Part shown: positions 22,501 through 28,184 of the stretch, piece by piece
Position numbering within the stretch: position 1 is the stretch's first letter
How the letters are laid out: each line of letters begins with the position of its first letter
Translations under genes and position numbers: made by a program
From: an uncultured virus (IMG/VR IMGVR_UViG_3300032212_000001)
Taxonomy: Duplodnaviria; Heunggongvirae; Uroviricota; Caudoviricetes
Length of the DNA stretch: 62,372 bases
Reading direction: 5' to 3' (one strand)
IMG/VR virus record: IMGVR_UViG_3300032212_000001
The notes under the pieces: generated by a model
The model's database searches: none
What the model was told of the DNA's origin: nothing
The model's input: the letters and a program-made list of their open reading frames with translations, nothing else

Positions 22501-22719
22501 CTAGCAGCAGTCGGTGAATTGGTTCGAGTAGAATACTTAGCGGCTGATGGACGTGGTAAAAAAGTTTTTCAGTGGTATCACGATATGGGCGATCAGGGTG
22601 AAGATAAAGAGCCTACTTCGCCTCCTATTCTTGCATGGGACGCTAAGGGGAAGTTCTTTGTTATTGCGCCTCAGAAGGGTTCTAAGCCTAGATTCACATA
22701 CCGAGGTATTATGGGTTGA
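16510..22719 (+). CDS. DarB-like N6-adenine methyltransferase / SNF2 helicase fusion
   Basis: YSGWGG, EYYTP, LEPAAGVG and SNPPY (MTase), then FDVGLGKT, DEAQ, LSATP and QRNGRGVRQGN (helicase), the architecture of phage P1 DarB. Confidence 0.9.
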   Translation: MSAVEKARKLANAPAGKVVDLLRVYVAKRMTGFSSAEFAHYFEMFRDRLVSLVERKQAAIRLKLGMSDPASLTEKVESFQDLSMVPTRDLRKDVPSYAIPAEITGEKKRERHNLEAMRLVTSKSPSGMTDEDKTVLAAYSGWGGLSIAKNDDEMEKILPAGFRPEKRGLIHEYYTPPHLAEDLARFMSTIINDLYEKHGEPLVCLEPAAGVGRFIRAFRDEDSGLPDQSWTAVEYSKVSASILQGLGIADHAVHSSFERWADTNEDLYRKNVHLVVSNPPYGKRGVSIKEDTDAISTEERRRAYAYFLRRGLDFLAPGGIGVMLIPAGFMTGDVNGVAGTLRRRVLSEYHVLGAFRLPSKLFPGANLVTDLIIFRSRGGQVTGSLKGIDDTVVSGKYFEHYPERILGIEENSSKAGETEEHKAKGRWAYKIHFANADFYDVGDKIYKEDGSFRVAKKQTYLGGSFDGFPPSFNTHTMESYDLIDPKKRKKTSSSTGLGKRKLTDKQRAQQKGSFDDHIYQAAELGVRYNRYFAQVAVDDPEAEDSWLELKEAFESWIDIQGEEGRPRNPWGDPSLTVALKKNKRKDDLQTFLSAFESNGMFVKSFSDKPVIQKAFSLNPNDVVSQADELFRRRQELTVVELFNYHVDIGGPYDTMALFRRGALPILYKAGWAHDGNSWDELVPSDSYYVGDLNPKLFRARDAAKKGLVNAVEQRDKLVEIIGWEDIGDIDMNPSHGWLPIDVIEQFVNEKIIDVIDEKYPGDNQPKKLYKDEDGLIKIEGVDYLEMKSLAKVKDKINRETRDFVGYLNHDKQRFSPYQPEVRILVGDEWKWVPENIEIVKKRKMAEWEPMFESFVKQDVAISEKVEKVYNSLFKGFIHPTFSGEPLSVARWKSKDKGGRDLYPYQAQAARRVIKNRGGLIAFDVGLGKTYTGLAVLARARQEGWAKRPVILVPKHITWKWYKDIRTVLPDYRIGVIGSEKYTNRKGEVISRLESKEERSAKWRKFQRGEFDVVILTYESLALTRVDEEHLNDYVERTSAIKKNIAIAQAEARKKKESDPNKALSEREEAILEEGVGAFVAEKLELGGKRKYDPGIQWDELGIDFLMVDEAQNFKNLYMPQAGTGNKVPMYMGSEGKGSKRAWQLDFRCELTRRQAERRPGGSRGNGIVLLSATPAKNSPLEFYNLIQYIDHEVWARRGIVDPQQFVSRYCDFRTDLTVSTTEQKVVSREMLVGFKNLHELRDVIFRYGEFKNADSPEVKSIIVVPKAKVYRHEVEMDDVQAEEYVRLRADMEEAIEESKKKMAMSGGQGDNSMKGRILQIMSMMSLVSLHPLLVDSRLKSDDDLSTNEDGKKKKRSLSSKEVVKKASAIPMVEQRSEKLDQCARVISQCRENRPDCGHIIFVENVAVHVWMKNILAAGITVEYAPDPSKPNITRPYKCIKVPPERIAILNSVEAKGDLQRQEIAEHFNGDSAEGVKPKYDIVIANKIAYEGVDLQKRTCAIHHLDLPWEPATLQQRNGRGVRQGNDIVKDGEGEINFVGLHYYITGGTMDGSRFQAIRLKAGWMSGLIEGEKRNTNNPAADSDADETNWLVLTAANPEEAREAIEKRKKIFLEQQRAVELAALLKDFREAENAFRAMERIVNPKALERKRKAAESYVERMNRRVSTNPGLWSFYDIAVSKVRDQPVVIVGGEEPNTQIYPVWEGLRIASDEGTLYEIGVIHSYGTMKDSVGLRYYEGSVGVDKIRHQSFESVDYNKFEDFVKSEIESRHYDPEQWPEYDWALYEKENLSDSARYRTLALACIGQYTPRWLVKKVWARYSDQLTKVLGDDDWRGPFTWQSKRYVPIWWRNKHKKKDFFLTTLDNASKGDSYEIIPPTKEGFELFKKYFGIDGKRDGRLSRAQAQDIVSMWWGYGFILPYGLRNKDKKKNPLVLAGNPVGSYGAEDIVTGRADDRAFDLEDLSPGNDSSYKAAKNAVKRRYGDPDIAVEVDLPNEISEYLAAVGELVRVEYLAADGRGKKVFQWYHDMGDQGEDKEPTSPPILAWDAKGKFFVIAPQKGSKPRFTYRGIMG

Positions 22720-22868
22720 GTAAAGGAAAACGCTTTCCTTTACTCTTTACTTTTTTTGATAGAAAACAAAAAGTTTTGGTTGACTTGGAAGTTTCCTGTT
22801 AAAAGAATACCTATTGAACAAGCAAGTTTAGGGAATACTTTCCCTTTAGTCCGACTGGAGATTTTTTG

Positions 22869-24140
22869 ATGGCTTTTGTTCTCGGTGTCAGAGACGTTGC
22901 GCCAAATCCCAAGCCTAAAAAGCAGGGGAAGAAGCGTAGTAAGAAGCCGCGAAGTTCGGCACAAAAAGAAAACGACAAGAGGCTCGGAGAAATGGCGAAA
23001 GCAAGAGCGAAAAAGAAAAACGCCGCTGCTCCCAGGAAGCCAAAGGGTAAGTCCACTTCAAAAGCGGCTCCCAAAAAGGCTACCAAGAAAGCAGCGCCTA
23101 AAAAGGCTATGCCGACGAAGGCTGAGAAGGACGCTGCTAAAAAAGCAGGTGTTCGTCTTACCAACAAAGACGGCAGTTATAAGTCAAAAGGCCAGTTGGC
23201 TAACTCGATGCGTCTTTCAAAGCAGCGTAAGGGTAAGAAGCCCCCTGCTGCTAAAAAGAAAGCCGCCCCGAAGAAGAAAGCTTCCACCCGGAAGAAGCCC
23301 GCGAAGAAAAAGGCTGTCAGCACGACAAAGCGCGTTTGCAAGACGACTAAGGGTCGTGGCGACAAAGGCACAACGACAACCACTGTTCGCGTGACAAAGA
23401 AGAATCCTAAGAAGGGCGCGGCGAAGAAGAAATCTTCGGCTCGTGGTTCTGCAAAGAAGAAGAACCCCACAAAGAAGAAGAATCCGGTCCTTGACCAAAA
23501 GATTCCCTTCATGCCTTTGACCGTTCGCGAAAGCGCCACCATGGTCGGAGCCTTCACTGGCCTTGAGATCATCAATCGCACCGTTTTCGATGAGCGTTAT
23601 CGCTACTCGAAGTATGGCGGATTGCTCAAAGCAGGTTCCGGTGCTGCGGCTGCACTTCTCTTGCAGAAGTTCGGTGGCAAGACAGGTCGCCAGTTTGTGA
23701 AGCCCGTTGCTTTGGCGACAGTCTTCCACGCAGGAGCACACATCGGCTACTTCCTCGCGAACGCTTTCTCGATGAAGATTGCCCCACTCCTCCGTAGTCC
23801 TTGGATTAAATCCAAGCCTCCGGTTCCTCAGTCTGACGACATGGGAAATTGGGGATACGACGAGCGTTACAATTACTCCGGCCCTCTTGGAGAGGAAACT
23901 TACCCAACAATGGGTGAGGACACCTATCCTTCTCTGGGCGAGGAGACCTATAACACTGTGGGAGAAAGCTCCTACGGAACTATGGGTGAAGATCAGTACA
24001 GTAGCATTGGATGTGATTCCTATGCTCCTTACGGAGCCCCAGCGTTGAACGGGGTTGACTTTGGGGCAGACGCCCCGTCGCACCTTTCCGGCGCGATGTT
24101 CGACACTGCTGACGTTCCAGGTCACCTCTCGGGGATTTGA
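22869..24140 (+). CDS. Lys-rich (histone H1-like) membrane-anchored putative virion core protein
   Basis: K/A/P-rich N-half with repeated KKNP, 2-3 hydrophobic helices and an acidic repeat tail. GGAG precedes ATG 22869; an alternative ATG at 22992 also has GGAG. Confidence 0.7.
   Translation: MAFVLGVRDVAPNPKPKKQGKKRSKKPRSSAQKENDKRLGEMAKARAKKKNAAAPRKPKGKSTSKAAPKKATKKAAPKKAMPTKAEKDAAKKAGVRLTNKDGSYKSKGQLANSMRLSKQRKGKKPPAAKKKAAPKKKASTRKKPAKKKAVSTTKRVCKTTKGRGDKGTTTTTVRVTKKNPKKGAAKKKSSARGSAKKKNPTKKKNPVLDQKIPFMPLTVRESATMVGAFTGLEIINRTVFDERYRYSKYGGLLKAGSGAAAALLLQKFGGKTGRQFVKPVALATVFHAGAHIGYFLANAFSMKIAPLLRSPWIKSKPPVPQSDDMGNWGYDERYNYSGPLGEETYPTMGEDTYPSLGEETYNTVGESSYGTMGEDQYSSIGCDSYAPYGAPALNGVDFGADAPSHLSGAMFDTADVPGHLSGI
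23886..24023 (+). repeat. About six degenerate 24-nt (8-aa) tandem coding repeats
   Basis: LGEETYPT-MGEDTYPS-LGEETYNT-VGESSYGT-MGEDQYSS-IGCDSY. Confidence 0.85.
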
Positions 24141-24146
24141 GTGAAA

Positions 24147-24170
24147 GGGGGTGATCTTTTGATTGCCCCC
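24147..24170 (+). other. Intergenic RNA hairpin
   Basis: GGGGGTGATC-TTTT-GATTGCCCCC (with G-U pairs); no U-tail. Confidence 0.55.
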
Positions 24171-24250
24171 AATGATTCAGATCTCTTTGAGATTTCCTAG
24201 ATCGTCTTTAATGAAATTAACTTTGTTTTTGGAGAAAAAAGGAGAAGCAC

Positions 24251-24799
24251 ATGGCTTCCGCAACTACACTTGGTAAAGGTCGCGCCGGTTTTAAGCCTCG
24301 TCATGCTGAAAAACGGCGTATTCAGTATCGTCCCAAATGGGATCGTCAGCGCATCGCTGCCCAGGCTTCGAGCGAGATCCAATTCTTTCGCAACACTTCG
24401 GCCAATCGCCTGAAGAACAACCTCGATCAAGCTGGCGTTGTCAGCGTGTATGAGGCAATGGTCATCAAGCGCTTGCTGTTCATTCCTCTCTACGGAACTT
24501 CTGAAGCTGAAGTCATCGAGTTGTTCAACAACAGCCTCGTCGAGCTTCACATCCAGAACGACCGCGCCTATGAGTTGGCCCTCATCACTCAGCAGTCCGG
24601 TATCGGCCTTGTCGGCGGTTCTGTTGTGAGTGCCGGTGAGCCCGCTGTCGGCAAAGCCTCCAGCATCGGTCAAGTCGTCATTGGTGGGGGAATCAGCTTC
24701 TTCATCATGCTGAAGTTCCCAGGCGGCGCAATCAAAACTCAGAATGACATCATTCTGAAGTGTCAGCTTGAGACCATGAACGACGTGACTATGGGTTGA
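24251..24799 (+). CDS. Putative major capsid protein, single jelly-roll type
   Basis: 182-aa beta-rich protein with a double GGAG RBS, a U-rich leader and hairpins on both sides; heads the structural cluster. The fold and role are inferred, not matched to a database. Confidence 0.5.
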   Translation: MASATTLGKGRAGFKPRHAEKRRIQYRPKWDRQRIAAQASSEIQFFRNTSANRLKNNLDQAGVVSVYEAMVIKRLLFIPLYGTSEAEVIELFNNSLVELHIQNDRAYELALITQQSGIGLVGGSVVSAGEPAVGKASSIGQVVIGGGISFFIMLKFPGGAIKTQNDIILKCQLETMNDVTMG

Positions 24800-24968
24800 T
24801 CGTTCTCTCGAACGATTCCCCCGTTATCATTTCGGAAAACGCTTTCTTTTCTATCTCACTTGAGACTTATCAAGGAAAGCGTTTTCCAGTCCTTCACAAT
24901 GAAATTCTCAGCTTTTCGCAACGAAGGGCGGGAGGCGCAAAGAGCCAACCGTTCCTTCGTTGTTTTTG
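24799..24968 (+). terminator. Hairpin cluster / attenuator after the putative capsid gene
   Basis: ATCGTTC-TCTC-GAACGAT; long stem GGAAAACGCTTTC...GAAAGCGTTTTCC (24834-24887); AACGAAGGGCGG...CCGTTCCTTCGTT followed by a T-rich run. Confidence 0.55.
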
Positions 24969-24986
24969 TTTAGAGGAAGGTGACTA

Positions 24987-26144
24987 ATGACAAGCATCCT
25001 TAGCGATGATAAAAACGCACCACCACCTCTCTTCCCCCTTTCTCTTTGCGACGAAAGAAAGCCTTTCCATGTCACGTTCTCCGGTGGAAGACCGGATGGC
25101 GGCGGCGGTGGGTCTGGTGTCGTTTCGCGGCAGAATTTCCGTCAACGCATTGCCCTCGATACAGCCTTTTATGGCATGTTCGCCGAGGTCATTGTTGAAG
25201 ACGCTTCTGGTGTTCGCGACTCCCTTTCTTTTGGTATTAACTTTCGCTCCCAAAGAGATCAGCAGTGGTGGTTTCATACACCAAGGCAAGGGGAAGGATC
25301 TTTGGTCCCTGGGGCTCTAGTCGCTGGTAGTGTCGGCGAGCCTATGATTTGGGATGCTCCTAAGATTCTGAGGCGTGGTGAAACACTCGAATTAGAAATC
25401 GCTGGTGACGACGGGCTAGCTGGCTTTGTTGACATTTGCCGATTCAACATAACACTCTTAGGGGCTCGTCTTGACGTTGACAATGCAGGTCAAGCAGTAA
25501 GAGACCCTCTCATGGCTTGGGATCGTCGCGATGTTGGTTACACTTCAATCGTCTTTGACTATCTCAACTGCGAGCGCTCCGGCCAGCGTTGTTTCCCTGG
25601 ACCTGAAGTATCGACTTCCATAGCCATTGGTCAGCTTCCCTACGACTTACTCGTGAGTGAAGGATCTTTGATTGTTGTTGAGCCAGGGACTAAATACACG
25701 CCTGTCAGTGACGTGCGTGGTGAGTTGCGATTGCGTGACACGTCCTTTACTCATGACCTTGTTGGAAACAATGGATTTATTCCATTCTCCTACTTTGGTG
25801 GTCAGACTAAATCAGCGACAGCATTGGCGCAACTGGTAAGACCGATGGCGAGTCCTTTGGGATCTCGTTGGAGGCTTCGCCAGGACTCGACCATTGAGCT
25901 TTTCGCTCGATCCATTGATAGTCCGACCCTTGAGTCTTTCAACGTCATGATGGCCTTGCACGGTCAACGAACGAGAGTTTATGGTCGTCCTCAAACGGCT
26001 AAAGAACTTGCGAATCGTCCTTGCCCGCCTGATGGCTATGACTACCCTAAAGGCCCCTGGGCTCAGAACCGTCAGATTATTGAGGATCACCCTCGTAATA
26101 ACGGTCATGATCCAAGGAGTTTTAACCGGCTTCCGCCACAGTAA
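24987..26144 (+). CDS. Putative capsid-associated protein with two tandem beta-sandwich (jelly-roll-like) halves
   Basis: Internal duplication: ILRRGETLELEI..FNITLLGAR versus RLRQDSTIELFA..FNVMMALHGQR. Confidence 0.55.
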   Translation: MTSILSDDKNAPPPLFPLSLCDERKPFHVTFSGGRPDGGGGGSGVVSRQNFRQRIALDTAFYGMFAEVIVEDASGVRDSLSFGINFRSQRDQQWWFHTPRQGEGSLVPGALVAGSVGEPMIWDAPKILRRGETLELEIAGDDGLAGFVDICRFNITLLGARLDVDNAGQAVRDPLMAWDRRDVGYTSIVFDYLNCERSGQRCFPGPEVSTSIAIGQLPYDLLVSEGSLIVVEPGTKYTPVSDVRGELRLRDTSFTHDLVGNNGFIPFSYFGGQTKSATALAQLVRPMASPLGSRWRLRQDSTIELFARSIDSPTLESFNVMMALHGQRTRVYGRPQTAKELANRPCPPDGYDYPKGPWAQNRQIIEDHPRNNGHDPRSFNRLPPQ

Positions 26145-26160
26145 GGGTAAGGAGTGAAAC

Positions 26161-26850
26161 GTGCGTTCCGCATTAAGACATAAGCTCATTTCTAAACCGG
26201 CGGAACCTTGTGAAGCCGTCGAGGAAGAGCTTGAGCAAATCTCTGTCGCTTGGGGTATGCCGAACACAAGGAAAGGGAAGTGGGCTCGCGCCTACGTCCC
26301 TTGTCCTCACCCGGAAGATCCAAGCCGGGACGAGTTCACTAAACCTTGGGCACCTGGAGATCCACAATCCGACCGCAATATGGCGCGGCCTAATCACGGT
26401 TACGGCGTTTGGGATGGTTATTCACTCTCTGCTCCAGAAGCGCGGTTGCGTGGCACCAGGAGCTTCTTTAAGCACTCAGGAATGGTTGAGCTTCCTGATG
26501 GTGGTTCGGCAATACTTCTGTCCTTTACGGTCCCTGAAAATCGCGAAGGACGGGTTCTAGAATTGGCCGGTCAAGAAATCCTTGGAACAGACCTTGGATC
26601 AGACTTGACTTGGGAAATACTTTTCAATAGCTCAACAAGACCAGAGATATGTAAATGGGATGGCATATGGTCTTCTTTAGAACATCCAAGAAAAATTGTT
26701 CTCAATTTACCCTCTTCGGGTATAGTGAGTATTCGTTGCACGGCACCTGTCGGTCCTGGCCCAAGAAAAGTTCAAGCTTTTATAAATGGTTTGACTTTCC
26801 CAATCATGTTTGGTAGTGGTCGTGTAAGTGCTGGTTGGGAAGAAGTTTAA
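26161..26850 (+). CDS. Putative minor capsid protein (C-terminal beta-sandwich)
   Basis: AAGGAG RBS with GTG start; beta-strand pattern LSFTVP..LTWEILFN..VQAFINGLTFP; sits in the structural cluster. Confidence 0.5.
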   Translation: MRSALRHKLISKPAEPCEAVEEELEQISVAWGMPNTRKGKWARAYVPCPHPEDPSRDEFTKPWAPGDPQSDRNMARPNHGYGVWDGYSLSAPEARLRGTRSFFKHSGMVELPDGGSAILLSFTVPENREGRVLELAGQEILGTDLGSDLTWEILFNSSTRPEICKWDGIWSSLEHPRKIVLNLPSSGIVSIRCTAPVGPGPRKVQAFINGLTFPIMFGSGRVSAGWEEV

Positions 26851-26902
26851 TCTTCCTATCCTGCTTATCTTTTTTTATAGCTTTTGTTTTTGGAGAAAAA
26901 CG

Positions 26903-27307
26903 ATGCATTTGAAAGCTGATTATCTACAAGTTGGCGACGACGCCATTAACGCCGTCGCTGGTGGTGGTGGCGACTTGAGCGCCCCTGCTGTGACCCTTAA
27001 AAAAGGGACTGTCTGGGAAGTCGTCGGCAAACACGCTGGCCTTATCGGTGCCGCTGGCACTGAGCGCGGAAGCGTTTTCCTCAAGAAGAGCACTGGCGAA
27101 GTCTTGGCTCGTCTTTCTGCCGATGGCGCTGGTCCTACCTCGCTTCAGCAAAACTTGAACGACCCCCTCGATATCATCGGTCCCTTCGACAACGACACCG
27201 ACGTTCTGCTCGGCGTTGACAATGCCGTGCCCGATCCTCTCGCCGCTCACGCCAAGTTTGTCTTGAAGCGCATGATCGCCAACCCGGACACTGCCAGCTA
27301 CGTCTGA
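26903..27307 (+). CDS. Putative virion structural protein (134 aa, beta-rich)
   Basis: Same TTTGTTTTTGGAGAAAAA leader as the 24251 gene; followed by a terminator. Confidence 0.6.
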   Translation: MHLKADYLQVGDDAINAVAGGGGDLSAPAVTLKKGTVWEVVGKHAGLIGAAGTERGSVFLKKSTGEVLARLSADGAGPTSLQQNLNDPLDIIGPFDNDTDVLLGVDNAVPDPLAAHAKFVLKRMIANPDTASYV

Positions 27308-27381
27308 TTAAAAGTCGGGAGTAAAACCCTGACTTTTAAAGTGATAATCAAGCCCTAGCCCTAATGGGCTGGGGCTTTTTT
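27308..27381 (+). terminator. Hairpin plus Rho-independent terminator
   Basis: TTAAAAGTCGGG..CCCTGACTTTTAA, then AGCCCTAGCCC-TAAT-GGGCTGGGGCT-TTTTT. Confidence 0.85.
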
Positions 27382-27425
27382 GTTAATCTGATTTTTTCAA
27401 TATCCAAATAATGAAGGAGAGAACT

Positions 27426-27551
27426 ATGAGTCTCACAAGAGCGAAGGATCGCAAAAACCGTAAAGATCGCTTGGCAAAAGCCGCTAAGGAAGCCAAGAAG
27501 ATCAAAAAACCAACCCCTCCTGCAAAGCCTCCGGCCAACCCACAAGGTTGA
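27426..27551 (+). CDS. Small basic peptide (41 aa), absent from the ORF track
   Basis: AAGGAGA RBS; MSLTRAKDRKNRKDRLAKAAKEAKKIKKPTPPAKPPANPQG. Confidence 0.7.
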   Translation: MSLTRAKDRKNRKDRLAKAAKEAKKIKKPTPPAKPPANPQG

Positions 27552-27594
27552 AAGTCTGAGTCAGTAGAAAACGCTTTCCACGAAAAGGTGAATT

Positions 27595-28035
27595 ATGACG
27601 CTTACAAAACCACCCCCGAAGGGATCGGCTGGGGCACCAGGGACGCCTGGGGGCACGATCATTATTGATTCTTTCGTCCCAGGTCTTGCAATCGGAGATG
27701 TGGCTTATATCACTCCTGCGGGCGCTGCCGACAAAGCTTGCGCTTTGGACCCTGAAAAGATCCCCGCGATTGGTGTTGTAGCCGCTGTTAATTCGCCCTC
27801 GGCTGGCAAGTGTGAGATTACAACAGATGGCGTCGTCTCTTCTGTTGGCCCTCAACCTTACGTCGCTTCAGACGAATACATAGTCTCGCGAGATCCCGGT
27901 AAAGTTGTAAACCAGGAAGACATCGGAAACCCAAACTACCCTCAATCTGGAGATTACCTCCAGAAAGTCGGCCTTGGTTTGGCAGCGACAACTTTCTGGG
28001 TAAGACCGGATCAGACGGCTATTCAGTTGAACTAA
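27595..28035 (+). CDS. Capsid decoration/fibre-base-like protein (DUF2190-like pattern)
   Basis: GDVAYI..ADKA..PAIGVV..ITTDGVV; resembles the C-terminal domain of the 28185-30740 fibre. Confidence 0.55.
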   Translation: MTLTKPPPKGSAGAPGTPGGTIIIDSFVPGLAIGDVAYITPAGAADKACALDPEKIPAIGVVAAVNSPSAGKCEITTDGVVSSVGPQPYVASDEYIVSRDPGKVVNQEDIGNPNYPQSGDYLQKVGLGLAATTFWVRPDQTAIQLN

Positions 28036-28077
28036 GCGTGGGATAGTGTTTTAATTCACTACCCTGCGCCCTTGTTC

Positions 28078-28150
28078 GCTCTCAAGCGTGAGTGACGCAC
28101 ACTGTTACTTTTTTTTGACAGTGGAGCCGGTTCGATCCCGGTTGGGAGTA
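28078..28150 (+). ncRNA. Atypical tRNA-like cloverleaf (73 nt)
   Basis: Acceptor GCTCTCA/TGGGAGT+A; D-like GCGT-GAGTG-ACGC; 8-bp CACTGTTA/TGACAGTG stem with CTTTTTTT loop; T-arm GCCGG-TTCGATC-CCGGT; no CCA. Confidence 0.65.
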
Positions 28151-28184
28151 TGTAAACAAAGCTTTGTTTTTTTTTGGAGGAAAA

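Noticed and set aside
28078..28150. Functional tRNA-Lys(UUU)
   Set aside because: It lacks U8, the D-loop GG, a 5-bp/7-nt anticodon arm, purine 37 and CCA; kept only as tRNA-like.
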